A stretch of 62,879 nucleotides of DNA, counting the filler, from Sphacelaria rigidula (taxonomy: Eukaryota), in NCBI GenBank assembly GCA_964200075.2. It is 10 parts of 10 records of this genome, joined end to end, with 100 filler letters (N's around TTAATTAATTAA, not from the genome) between each part and the next. Parts side by side here need not be neighbours in the genome. Positions count along the whole stretch, not along the records: positions 37,790 to 43,987 come from CAXNAA020021574.1; positions 44,088 to 50,285 come from CAXNAA020021575.1; positions 50,386 to 56,582 come from CAXNAA020021576.1; 7 more parts are not named here. One strand, given 5' to 3'. The position numbers were made by a program, and so were the translations under genes. Positions 40,069 through 52,138 of the stretch are shown here, one piece after another. The notes below the pieces were generated by a model. That model saw nothing but the letters and a program-made list of their open reading frames with translations. It had not been told where the DNA came from and ran no database searches. The first letter of the stretch is position 1. The number at the start of each line of letters is the position of its first letter.

Positions 40069-40720
40069 GCGGGAAGTGCTTGCGAGGTCTACAGCTGGAG
40101 ATGCGGGCATCTGGGCAGGAGATGGAGGGGGATGGAGAGGATCGTGGCAGGGAGGGGAGGGTGTTGATGATGAGGACGACTGCGTAGAGGGCAGTGATGT
40201 GCGTGAAGAGCGTAATGTTGAAATGGATATAGAAGCAGCCGCGACTCGAGGCGGAACGACGGCTCGACGATATGATACAGTTGTTGCCGGGAGCCTTTGC
40301 GGAAACGGGAGGGTTATGGACGATGAGAAACGCTAAGCCTCATTCAGACAGACTGTCGGTGTTATTCCCTTCCTCGTGTTCCGCACATTGTGTAGAGAGT
40401 GAAGATGGGAACAACACCGACGTAACAGTACAGTCTTCCCGAAAAAAGCTCAAGCACTCTTCATCGTCCACAACCCTCCTGTTTTTGCGAAGGCTCCCGG
40501 CGACAACCACATCGCATCGGCAAGCCGTCATTCCGCCTCGAGCCGCAGCTGCCCCTATATCCCTTGCAACATTACGCTCGTGCCGCACGTGACTGCCCTC
40601 TACACACCCGTCCTCATTATCATCAACATCCCCCCATCCCTGCCCCGCTCCACTCAAGCCCCTCCATCTCCTGCTCAGATGCCCGTATCTCCAACTGCAG
40701 ACCTCCGCAAGCACTTTCCC
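40069..40720. repeat. Diverged inverted duplication (~270-bp arms, ~110-bp spacer) of coding-like sequence
   Basis: 40069-40337 aligns with the reverse complement of 40450-40720; both translate to ..CVEGS.VR.ERNV..DI.AAA.RGG.TA.R.D.VVAGSL..N.RV.DDE. Confidence 0.85.
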
Positions 40721-41120
40721 CAGCTTGTGATGACCACACGGAGACATACCGACGCCACCGTCCTGGCTCCTCCTGCTCCCGGCGGCGCAAGTGGGAGCCG
40801 GGCTCATCACTTCCGCCGGTGCTCCCCGGTGGCCTCCTGCCGTCTCGATATCCTCGGCCTCACATCGCTGCTCCTGCACCGTAGGCTGGTTCTCCTTCTC
40901 CTCCTGCGGCACAACCGCATTCTCCTTCGTCTCCTCGGCCTCTCTCGACCCCTCCTCAGACACATACTCCCAGGAAGTACCCCGTAGCTGCGAAACACAA
41001 GTCACCATGACGGACGCGGGGAAAACATACGACGGCTGTCATTAAAAGGATACGGACAACTCGAAATGCGCATGCCAGTAGATCATGTGTGATCTAGTTC
41101 GGCACAAAGGTACTATTTTT

Positions 41121-42920
41121 TAAGGTTGTGCTCTGTAACGTACGGGTACGTTCTGTAGGGTGTGGGATTCCGTACAGAACTTACAGAACTATCGGGTACC
41201 TGTATGAAAGTCTTACAGATTTCACAGAACCGTTGGGTACCGGTACTGGATGAAAGTCTTACAGAAATTACAGAACTTGTCGGGTACGGTATGGGAGGTA
41301 TGGGAGGCTCAGAGAACCGGTACCGGCACTCGGGTAACTCTTTTAGGGCATACCCGCCCCTCGGGTTAGGGTAAGGTTTTTGTACAGAAGTCATACAAGT
41401 GTCGGGTAAGGGTATGGGAGGCTTACAGAACTCACGGAAACCGCCGGGTAGGGTATGGAGGTTGCACAGAAAACCGTACCCGCAACCGGGTATCTTATCA
41501 AGAGCATACCCGTGCCCCCCGGTAACGGTACGGGAGGCTTATAGAACTCACAGAAATATCGGGTACGGGTATGAACGTCTTACAGAGATTACAGGACTGT
41601 CGGGTATTGGTATGGAAATCTTACAGAGATTACAGAACTGTCGGGTACGGTAAATACCCGGCAAAATACCCCGGGTATACAGGAAAACCGTACCCCACAA
41701 AACGTGACCTTGGTATTATTACTACCCCTGTGGTGGGAGCTACGTCACTACGACAGTGGCGAAATACAGATGACAGTTCACGAAAACTCTGACAGGCTGT
41801 ACGGGGTTGATAGAGAAAGACTGCACGAACGATCGCAGTGGTACATGTCCACGGGATCGTCAATATCGGTTTCACGCACACTCCCGGAGCGTACATGAAG
41901 GAGCATTCACGGCTGCCCGTTCTCAGGGAGCCCTTCGGCACGCGACAAAATCGCCGACGGCCTTGACTTTCGGTGGCAGCTCTACTCTGTGCTGTACATG
42001 TCGATAACGGCCTGGGGTTTGATGACCACGACACAACTACTATCAACGTCGATGACGTGCGTCTTGCTACTTGATCCTCTCGTGGGGCAGATGAACCACC
42101 CCCGCTCCAGCCACCACTCGAGTCTGGGAGTGATCCATCATGACGCTCTGTAGGGCTGCTTTTGTGTCGTGTTTCCACTCAGCGGTACCTCGTATCCCGT
42201 CAGATCCCAAACTGAAGAATTTTTCAACATTGAATTATTGTTGGTGTGCAGTTTCGAATGAAGGAGTTGGGTGGGTCGATCGATGGGAGGTACATGTTCA
42301 GGTCATGAGGTTGTGTTTGAATTGAACCTATATCCGTACCTCCTCCAGGTATACACCACCTGTGCTCATACCTGCAATCGGGTATATCCCTAACGGTAAA
42401 TCCTAACCCCGGGTGGGGGTATGGGAGGCTTACAGAGCTCACAGAACTGTCGGGTACCGGTACTGGATGAAAGTCTTACAGAAACCACAGAACTTGTCGG
42501 GTACGGTATGGGAGGCTCAGAGAACCGGTACCGGCACTCGGGTAACTCTTTTAGGGCATACCCGCCCCTCGGGTTAGGGTAAGGTTTTTGTACAGAAGTC
42601 ATACAAGTGTCGGGTAAGGGTATGGGAGGCTTACAGAACTCGCAGAAACTGTCGGGTAGGGTATGGAGGTTGCACAGAAAACCGTACCCGCAATCAGGTA
42701 TCTTATCAAGAGCGTACCCGTGCCCCCCGGTAACGGTACGGGAGTCTAACAGAACTCACAGAACTATCGGGTAAGGGTATGAACGTCTTACAGAGATTAC
42801 AGGACTGTCAGGTACCGGTACGAAGGTCTTACAGAAGTCACAGAACAGTGGGGTACGGTAAATACCCGGCAAAATACCCCGGGTATACAGGAAAACCGTA
42901 CCCTACAGAACACAACCTTG
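41121..42920. mobile_element. Composite hAT-type non-autonomous element with internal captured segment
   Basis: TIR YAAGGTTGTGYTCTGTA / TACAGAACACAACCTTG. Perfect 8-bp TSD CTATTTTT (41113-41120, 42921-42928). Many ACAGAACT-GTCGGGTA subterminal repeats; a second right end lies internally at 41712. Confidence 0.85.
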
Positions 42921-44087
42921 CTATTTTTCGTGTTATTTTATTTGCCATTGTCATGTTTTCATTTTTTCTCGTCGACCTTGAACCCCTTCCCTTTCTCGGG
43001 ACGAGTCCGGAGTCTCAAGGAATCATTTCATCTCTTCCCAGGTACCTGCCTAACTGTTGGTTTCGCGGATTGGATCATGACAGCACTCCCGCACGCGGTG
43101 CGGGAATTTCGACAATTTTCCTTCGCCACCCACGCCCTCTCATATTCAAGGGTGGAGACGAGATTAGGCTAAAAAAGACCTCATGAGTCGGGGTCCAAAC
43201 GGCCACTTTCTACCTTGGTTGGCTCTTGGTGCACGAGTGGGGTGACCGAGGCGGGGGTTGTGTGTCAAAAAGGTCCCCTGACAACAAAAAGGTCGCTTGA
43301 TACATGGCGGCTTGTGTGGGGGGGTGTACTCTCACCGACGGTAAAACAAAATGGGAGCTTGTGGGCTTTTGACGGCATGTGTTTTCTCATGTTTCGACAA
43401 GCAAGGCTCCAATATGGCTCAAAACCGACACATCGGTTATCGTGAACAGCTGTGAGCAAGAGATTTTTTGTAATCATGGGGGACGGAGACGGCAAAAAAG
43501 AAAAACACCCTTGCTGTGCCAGTGAGTTCAACAGGGGAGGAGGCTTCGAGAGGTAAAATTGCTTCTTATCCAGTCCTGAAGGGTTGCCCGACCGTAATTG
43601 ACAAGAGCGGGAGTTACATGACAAACTGAACCGGACTCTCGAGTTCAACAACCAACGGGGTTTTGACCATTATATACCACGTGATTATTAAACTGGGAAA
43701 GCGAGAATATCCGTATATAAACAAACGGAATCGACCGAACAGCGAAGCGAAAAATACTCGCAAGTCGATCAGAAAACTTGGACCTGTGTGAAAGTACAAA
43801 AAATGTGCAATTCTTACACACGATGAGACAGCGGCGCGACTGACCGGACTTGCTGCCCGTGCTGCGACGTCGATGCTTTTTTTTTTTCTCGTGAGTGTTT
43901 TCTTCTTCTATTCTGAACCCTCCCCCCCCTCGATGGTGAGGCACCCATGAGGCAGTGTGTAAGCTGTGGCTGTCTCGGGAAGTGGCGNNNNNNNNNNNNN
44001 NNNNNNNNNNNNNNNNNNNNNNNNNNNNNNNTTAATTAATTAANNNNNNNNNNNNNNNNNNNNNNNNNNNNNNNNNNNNNNNNNNNN

Positions 44088-45136
44088 TATAGGGGTGCAG
44101 CAGCGTCACGGAAAATGTTGAACGCATGGCTCAATTCGGCGAGCCTTGAGCTGAAATTTCAGGAAGACCTCTTGCACCCAAAGAACTGATACTTCACGTG
44201 TCCAGCTGCAGATTCTCCTTCTTTTACTGGACTTATGGCGTTATCTTGTTATTGCGGAAGTTTCAAATGCCCATAACTTCTTTTTTTCTTCTTTTATTCG
44301 CTGGTCCCGTGATCTTCTACATTTCGATCATGGTAAGCCGCTGTGAAATTTTCAGCGTCCAAGTCCTACTAATGTCGCGCCGTGCGTCGCCTGAGCGAGA
44401 TTCACACTTACTCTTAGCTGGCCCAGCTCGGTAGATCTTCCGAGTTTTTTTAACAGAGTAGGCTGCGCCAGCGGACGGTGGCACCACCGGTTTCAGCTAG
44501 GACTGTTCTGAATTACGAGCTGGGCCAGCCAACAATGGGTGGTTTTCTCGCTTAGGCGATGCACGGCGCGATATTAGGAGTTGGACGCTGAAATCTCGAC
44601 AGCAGTTTTTTTCATGATCGACATGCAGAATATCACGTGAGCATCAAGGAAAAAAAAAAAGGAAAAGAGGAAGTTAGGGGGATTTGAAATTCCAGCAAAA
44701 ACAAGATAATGTCATTATTCCAGAGAAAAAATGAAATCTGCAGCTGCTCACGGGACATATAATTTCCTTGGGTGCAGAAGGTCTTCCTGAAATTTCAGCT
44801 CAAGAGTCGCCGAATTGGGCCGTGCGTGTGCAACGTTTTGCGTGACGCTGCTGCACCCCACAAATACCCAGTGCGGGGTGATTGCTGACGTGAACCCACC
44901 GCATTGAAAAAAATAAAGCACTCCGACACGCTATCGCCCAACGATATCAGCGCACTCCGTACTCTATGCAGTACAACAACGTCATCGGCAATACGACGCC
45001 AATCGAACAGCGACGCAGTCCTTTGTCATCAGGTGGGTGTGCAGTTCACAGTGATATGCTTACATCGGGCTCATTCGGGAAACTGGGAAAGCTGTGGCGT
45101 GAGCAACTTTAGCTGCTTTCAAGCTGGCCCAGCTCG
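44088..45136. mobile_element. Two mariner-type MITE copies in inverted orientation (44088-44430 partial; 44516-45136 full) in a Notchless intron
   Basis: Same TIR and body as 23149-23754 and 32536-33148. Confidence 0.82.
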
Positions 45137-45298
45137 TCCAAATGTTGACTGTTCGTGTTGAGTTTTTCGGAGGATCTGTCTGCCCTAGTCGGGCCCATTC
45201 GCGACCGTGTTTACACGCACGCGTCAAGTTTGCTTCATCTCGCGGCCCGGCGCTCTCTTTTGCCTTTTTTCTGGTTGATACATGTGATGGACATGCAG

Positions 45299-45510
45299 GT
45301 GTGGAACGTGGAGGGCGAGGGCCGTAAGTTGGGCATCCTGGTACGAACGCTGGCGGGACACGGGCATCGTATCAACACCCTGGCTCTTAGCTGTGAGGCG
45401 GTGTTACGAACGGGCCCGTTCGGAAAGGAGGAGTGCGCGCTCAAGGCATCATCTGACTTCACAGCGGAGTCGGCGCAGGCAGCTGCACTGGAGCGGTATA
45501 ATCTGGCGCG
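45299..45510 (+). CDS. NLE1: Notchless / Rsa4 WD40 ribosome-assembly protein, exon
   Basis: VWNVEG...LVRTLAGHGHRINTLALSCEAVLRTGPF...AALERY, the NLE1-specific LRTG insert; AG/GT bounded. Confidence 0.93.
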
Positions 45511-46044
45511 GTGAGTACAACGCGAGTGATGAATTAGAGTTCAAGTATAAATATGGAAAAAATACTGGAGCCGATCTTGTGCTGTATCCGTCGGAGTGTA
45601 CATTCGCTTCGTTTCGTATAGGGCGGATGTGTTTGAGCTGTTTTGCGAGGATTGGACTGTAGCGAGAACTTTGTTCGTGTCCCTTGATATGAATGTCCGT
45701 TCTCCGGTGATCAAGTTGGTACATCATCCGCCAGTTTTGAAGGAGTACAAGTAGTGGGTTCGAATCCCGACAATGAGGCAGTCTTTTTTGTTGGTTTCAA
45801 AGCGTGAGAGCTTGAGCTGATAAAAGTTTGACGAAAGTCGATAGGCTGCCGTAATGGTCATCATCCATTACTACGCAGTATGTTGCGGAGCAGGGACCCG
45901 GAAAAATATGAGTTAATCACTCGAAACTGCTGAGTCGCCTGGAAGAAAAGGGAGGATGTAAAAAAGACGGCACGCAGCCAAACCTCGGCAAAAAAACTCA
46001 AGGTTTGCAAAACTCGGGGTTTGCTCGTTGTACTTTTACTCCAG

Positions 46045-46291
46045 AGGAGGAGAGCCGGAGCGACTTGTGTCCGGATCGGACGATTTCACGCTGTTTCTAT
46101 GGAATCCAGTGGAGAACAAGAAGCCGCTCGCAAGGCTCACGGGCCATCAGCAACCGGTTAATCATCTAGCCTTCAGCCCCGATGGAAGGCGGTTCGCGAG
46201 CGCTTCGTTTGACAAAAAGGTAAAGGTTTGGGACGGACGCACGGGGGCCTTCCTGGCTACCCTCAATGGGCACGTGGGCGCGGTGTACCAG
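46045..46291 (+). CDS. NLE1: Notchless / Rsa4 exon
   Basis: ERLVSGSDDFTLFLWNP...RLTGHQQPVNHLAFSPDGRRFASASFDKKVKVWDG...GHVGAVYQ. Confidence 0.96.
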
Positions 46292-46749
46292 GTGAGAGAT
46301 GTGTTGATTTTGGCGCGATCATACCCGTCGGCGACGAGAGTGAAGAGTGCTGCCCGCAACTCTGTGTTTCAGTTGGTTCGTTTGGCGCGCTGTAGCAAAT
46401 TTCGGCTCGTATTCCAGGTACTGAAGGCGCTGCGTCGGTCCGTGCGTTTGTCGGTATTGAGTTGGCGATATGTGACGGTGGCATGGCTTCTCCAAGTACA
46501 GTACCCAGTACACGCCGTTTACCACTCATGGAGCCCTCTGATGCCAATGCTGTTTCACCATGCGTTGTGTGAAGCGGGTGTATGACAAAAGATGTGCGGA
46601 CATGTGATTGGCTTCCCGCGGACCGATGTCTTCATTTTGTTTTACACCCGGTAGGGGTGTCTCCGCCTGCCTTCTTTCAAAAACACCAAACAAATATATA
46701 ATTTACAGACAGTTGACTCAAAATAAATTATACCGAAACCTTTGTGCAG

Positions 46750-46835
46750 GTGGCCTGGTCTGCGGACAGCCGTCTTTTGGTGAGCGCTTCGAAAGACAGC
46801 ACGGTGAAGCTGTGGGAAATGGTGGCTCTGAAGAG
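46750..46835 (+). CDS. NLE1: Notchless / Rsa4 exon
   Basis: VAWSADSRLLVSASKDSTVKLW; phase matches neighbours. Confidence 0.95.
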
Positions 46836-47235
46836 GTGTGTTTCGTGTGTGATGCGACATAAACAATACTGGCATGTCTTCTTCTCACTATGTTGGGTAT
46901 CCGCGTTTGCCACGACACTGTTGTGGTCATGATCCACTTTTGAGTCATCGTGTATTGTTCCCGTAGTTGCTTACAATACCGCTCAAGGTGTCAGCACGAA
47001 ATCGCGGTCAGCGGCGTCGCCCAAAGTATTCCCACCGAGAAGCACTGCACTCGTTGCACCATAAATATCCCACCGGTTTGATCGCTCGGCCGCGAAGCGG
47101 TACATTTCAGTACATGTATGCCAACGCGTCCCTATTGTTCATTCGATAGTGAATTTCAAGCAGTCCACGTGTATCCCAATCTGTTCGTGGTCAAAGGGGT
47201 TAACTCAACAAGGCACCCGGGATTTCATTCGGCAA

Positions 47236-47350
47236 AGGAAGGTCATACCACGTCGATAGCGCCACCCCATTCGCCATGTGAAGTTAAGCGGCATCGAGCC
47301 AGGCTGGTACTACGGTGGGGGATAGCGTGGGAAGCCCTGGTGCTGTTTCT
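47236..47350 (+). rRNA. 5S: Near full-length, diverged 5S rRNA-like sequence (pseudogene or SINE head) in the last NLE1 intron
   Basis: GGTCATACCAC...GAAGTTAAGC (box A)...GTACTACGGTGGGGGA (box C)...GGGAAGCCCTGGTGCTGT. Ends can form helix I. Length 115 nt, with small deletions versus a typical ~118-120-nt 5S. Confidence 0.88.
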
Positions 47351-47488
47351 TTCTGCGTTCTTCACTATTCTTCAGCGGGTTTTTTCATTTGTGTTTATCT
47401 CGGGTACATCCGTCAAATGACCACAGCTGGATCCCTGAAGGATCCGTTGGCATAAGACAATAAAATAAAATAAAATGAAATAAAAATG
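47236..47488 (+). mobile_element. Putative 5S rRNA-derived SINE (SINE3-like)
   Basis: 5S head + T-rich linker + TGACCACAG + GGATCC-loop-GGATCC stem + (AATAA)n tail. TGACCACRG/AT-rich tails also occur at 11967-12022 and 62271-62333. No TSD found. Confidence 0.6.
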
Positions 47489-47562
47489 CCCATTTGACTT
47501 TCTGCATAGGTGAACACGACCTTTCACCACTCTGCTGTTGGTTTACTCTTGCTTTCGCGCAG

Positions 47563-47680
47563 GGCAAAAGCTACTCTTCCTGGCCACGCTGATGAGGTTT
47601 ACGCGCTAGACTGGTCACCTGATGGGTCCGCGGTGGCCTCTGGCAGCAAGGATCGCACCATTAAAATATGGGCCCATTGA
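47563..47680 (+). CDS. NLE1: Notchless / Rsa4 terminal exon
   Basis: AKATLPGHADEVYALDWSPDGSAVASGSKDRTIKIWAH-stop. Confidence 0.96.
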
Positions 47681-48709
47681 TCTATACTGTAAGGAGCACC
47701 TCGCGTCCCGTCTGTGACGAGACATCGTCTCCCTTCACATCGGGGACCGTATACTTATCGGCGCTGGCATTACCATGCTCTATATGATAGAGCAGAGGAC
47801 AGCTAGAAACATCGTTTGTTGATTGAGGGGGAAAACCCACGTACGTTTGCCCCGACGCCCCCATCAGATTGACTCATGTAATTGACTCATGTAATGTTGC
47901 CTCGGCAGGATTCGGGATCATGTGATAAAACGCGACTACCTTCAGGTGCGGGCGGATGTCGAGCATTTGTGTAGACGTAGGCGCCCGAGAAGTCCCGTCG
48001 CGGTACCTCCGGTGCAGGGCGGGCGTGTTCTCGTCTCACCTTGGTTCGTTTCAAGTTTAGTATGATGTGTTGTTCTGTCATGTATGTATACGGCACTGTA
48101 CGGTAGAGAGGAAGAGCGGGACGCAGTATTGCGACTGACCCCAAAAGAACTCGGGAGACAAATCTGATTGGCGAAAATGCCGTAGTCGAAGGCTGACGTC
48201 ACCCGGGGCCGTTTAGAGCAGAGGGACTTTGCGCATGACTTATTCTGTTTCTTTCGTACTTCCAGAGTTCGCCATTTTCTCATCTAGGTCTAGATTGACT
48301 GCACGGTGTCATTGCTGCTCACTGCACATACAGGAGATCCCACTACTTTAGACGCTAGATAATGTCTCGGGCGTTTTGTCCGAAAGTTGGCTAGGGCATA
48401 AAACACCATGAGTGAGGAAGTTATGTTCCGTTTGAAGAACGTCGTGACTTGTGTTTAGTAAATTTTATTTCTTCTTATTTGGATATATTTTCCCACCTTT
48501 TGTTCATCTTATTTTCACGATTTAGCCAAGCTTTGCTTCTGGCGCCTGTGCACATCCTGTTGGTTGGTTGATTGGTTGATGATTGTCTCACTACAATACA
48601 TTAACTAACCCCCGAGGGACCTGACCTAGCTGTGGTAACAAGATCGTAGGGATACCCGAGCTCAACAACACGGAAACACTCGCTGCACAGAAGAAAACGT
48701 GAAGAAACA

Positions 48710-49317
48710 CAGGGGCGGGTCGGGTAGGATATACCCAAAATTTTCAGGGATATACACGTTACACGTTCACGTTCACGTTACAGTCATCACGTGAAAAAAA
48801 TTTAACGTTCACGCTACGTTTCGGCCAAAACGTAACGTGTAGCGCTATGGCACGTGTAACGTGTATAGCCCTGGCTATACATGTACACGTTCACGCTCAC
48901 GTTACGTTCATCACGTGCAAAAAAGGTGACGTCCACGCTACGTGACGTGTGTCACGTGAAGAAAATATAACGTTACGTTAACGTTACATTTGAAAATTCA
49001 ACGTTACGTTCACGTTACATTTGAAAATTCAACGATACGTTCACGCTACGTTCATCACGTAAAAAAAATGTAACGTTCACGTTACGTTTCGGCCAAAACG
49101 TAACGTGTAACGCTATGGCATGTGTGACGTGTATATCCCTGACAATTTTGGTGCTTTGAAGAGTGGCACATCATCTGCCCAAGGCAGTCACAATGACTTG
49201 TATAGGATTTCGGGAGGGGAGCAACGGCGCTGACTGGCTGCGGGGCCACAGCCTGGGTCGGATCTCTGCTTTTCAAAACGTGACAATGTTGGGTATACCC
49301 TACCCGACCCGCGCTTG
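48710..49317. mobile_element. Nested hAT-like MITEs: outer 48710-49317, inner 48745-49141
   Basis: Outer TIR CAGGGGCGGGTCGGGTAGGATATACCCA / TGGGTATACCCTACCCGACCCGCGCTTG. Inner TIR CAGGGATATACACGT with 8-bp TSD AAAATTTT/ACAATTTT and ACGTT(A/C) repeats. Confidence 0.82.
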
Positions 49318-49634
49318 AAAGGAAAAACAAAAAACATGTGACAAACGGAGTGAATGAACGGAGACCTTAAAACCAAAAACCAAAACAAAACCAAGCAGGA
49401 AAATGAGAGAGATGAAAAGAACGGAACGGATCGGAGAGACCTAGAGAAAAGAAAAGAAACAACGGAATAAGGCTAGAAATGGCCAGCCCCTACAGTATGG
49501 CTTCGACTGAAGTAAGGGCCGTGCGCAAAAAGCACATGCACTCATACACACACACCAAACAAAAAGGCCGGTGGAACAGATTGTGGCTCAGTCATTTCGG
49601 ACCATACTTTTTGGGCATGAGCTACTCTCACCAG

Positions 49635-49990
49635 TGTGTGTGTGTTGTCATCCCATCTATCCTGGACGCCGGTCTACACCTTTCGGTATACATGTGGGCG
49701 CACCAGCTGGGGTCACACAGGAGGAAGGTCAACTCGGGAGTTTTTTTTTTATGTGTGTTTAGTACTCTACCTTCCTTCTGCGGTGCTTGCCTTTACTCTT
49801 CATCACGAGAGATGTTCAACAGTTCCTTTCCCTCGTCGACCATTAAGTCAAATTTTGTGTACCCGCGACATACTCGCTCTCCACCGTTGGGCATGGTGTG
49901 AGAAAGAATCCCAGATCGCTCCGAGAGTTGAACCCACGACCCAACCGTGAGAAGATTTCGAGGTTACCAACTGAACCACCGGGACGACCG
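49635..49990 (-). mobile_element. Full-length tRNA-derived SINE
   Basis: On the - strand: A box TGGTTCAGTTGG, B box GGTTCAACTC, body shared with 1-330, (CA)n tail. Further fragment at 37615-37689. Confidence 0.82.
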
Positions 49991-51265
49991 CCACTAAATG
50001 GGCCCCACGGAAAGCAAAGCAACAAACTGCTACTGTTGTATAACACAGAAGGAAGACATTGCGAGATACAGAGGAACATGTAAAGATCGAGAAGAAAACA
50101 AGGCAAGCTTGAGCCAAATCCGTGTCCATATTAAAGACGGGATCTTACAAATTGGGGATGGATCATTTATTGGGGATGAGAAACCCGGAGGATTAGAATC
50201 TTCGTATCCACACGAAATCTTCGAAACATGCTTTCATTTCTTCACCTACTGATAGCTATTGACAACTGCTACACGCCACAGAAATNNNNNNNNNNNNNNN
50301 NNNNNNNNNNNNNNNNNNNNNNNNNNNNNTTAATTAATTAANNNNNNNNNNNNNNNNNNNNNNNNNNNNNNNNNNNNNNNNNNNNAGGCCCAAAAACACA
50401 AAAACCCCCCCCCCCCCAAAAAAAAACACTGGACACCCCAAAAAGGCAAAAACAGCACAAAAACCCCCCCCCCCCCCCCCCCCCAAAAGAGAATAAACCA
50501 ACAGCCTTGCCCGTCGGTACGGAACCGTAACACCTTGAGGTTAAGGTACATCAAACACACACTTCCCACCCCTTACCCTGCTCCCAAACATTTTCAGGGT
50601 AATTTGACATAATAAGGCATACCCCACACTTGTTTTTTGCTCATCTCCTCGAGGTACGTCAAGTCTACATTGTGAACACAAAGGACCGGAAAATTCGTAG
50701 TGGATAACGTTGGTGTGCGAAATCGAGGCATCACAACAGGAAGTAACTGTCGGAGCGTATCTGCCTCTCTCATAGTTCCGTTTTGTTACTGTGGTCCTAA
50801 CATGCTCCTTGATACCAACTGAAACTGGAAAAGGACATATTCGAAATAGGTGTCATTCCGTTTTGTTCACCCTGGGAACGTCCATGTTGTAATCACGGCT
50901 GGCTCCCTCGAGGATCACTCTCAAGGTACGACAATCAATCAATGAATCAAATCAAATCAAATCAATTAATGTTGATGTTTTCAAAATCTGAAAAGTCTCG
51001 ACACCCTATATTTTCGAAACACACGTAAGTATATATACACACTTCCTAGTGTCAATTAGCATCCGTCAGTTCATGCATGTACAGGACGATTAGCTCATTG
51101 TTCTTTAATCGTACAATCAATACTCATCTACAAGAAACAGTCAAATCCACAAACGAACAGATAGATAATCCGCAAATGGGCATGTTTTCTTCGCAAACAT
51201 CTCATTCAGTCAGTCAACACATGGGGATTAATCCACCAATCAACGATCACATCCAGTCTTGATAC

Positions 51266-51517
51266 CTGCTGCGCAGCGTCTTCCTCCAAAGAAAGCCCCG
51301 CGACCCCGTTTCCACTCATCCCTTCGCCCCCATTCTCTCCCGACGTGCCGCGGTGGACTTCCCCGTTAGCAGCAGGGGAGGGGCCCGCCGGGATAGTCGA
51401 CGGCAGCGATTGGCCTTGCGCTTCGACGGGGTTAACGCTTGCGGTCACGGCCGTTTCATCGTACTGGACATGGGCCTTCCAGAGCTGGAACCATTTGCTG
51501 CAGACCACGTACCAGAC
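51266..51517 (-). CDS. Internal exon with DUSP-like motif, probable ubiquitin-specific protease
   Basis: cag|VWYVVCSKWFQLWKAHVQYD...EEDAAQQ|gtatc; 252 nt, phase 0/0. The WY.V...WF..WK..V pattern is typical of DUSP domains. Confidence 0.7.
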
Positions 51518-51706
51518 CTGGTGGAGGCAAGCACCGGGATACGAAAGGTGAAACGTACGTGTGTATGATGTGCGAGAGGAGCACACCCTCGATAATGACA
51601 GTAGATTGAGTAACAGTATGGAATCTATTATTGCAATAGATGTAAGAGTTCTACAATGCAATCTGTTGTTCAGGATACGATGAAAAAGCAAAGTGACGGA
51701 CGCGCT

Positions 51707-51747
<41 letters not shown>

Positions 51748-52138
51748 GTGAGGGTAGGTATTATAGGTGGGTCGGTAGGTCGGGCGAAAGTGAGACCAAG
51801 AAAAAAAGGCAGCCCACGGAATAAGCGTTGAACACCCTGGACAAAATGGCCAACAGTTGCAACATAATAAACATATACTGCGTAAAAATCATAGGCCTAA
51901 TGCAACTGTTGACCACTTTATCCAGGGTGTCAAGTAAGCTTGTATCAGAATGCGCGACAGGGTGACTACTATAGCACCATAGTGCCAGAGAAAAAAATAA
52001 GCAGCCATCAAGTTACGGGAAATAAAACGGGGGTGGAGGATGTTCCTCGTCTTTCGAATACTCATGCTTTCTGTTCCGAGATTTTGTTTGCTGACGGTCC
52101 CCTGAGTTACTGGGTGATACTTGTCGCAAGCGCTTTGA

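Noticed and set aside
45526..45600. Intronic C/D snoRNA (GTGATGA)
   Set aside because: No CTGA D box with terminal stem at a suitable distance.
45700..45775. tRNA gene in NLE1 intron (A box TGATCAAGTTGG, B box GGTTCGAATCCC)
   Set aside because: No acceptor-stem pairing or cloverleaf; better read as a SINE head remnant.
12598..51517. Functional cluster of ACC, PPR, NLE1 and USP
   Set aside because: Each gene is on a separate artificially concatenated contig.
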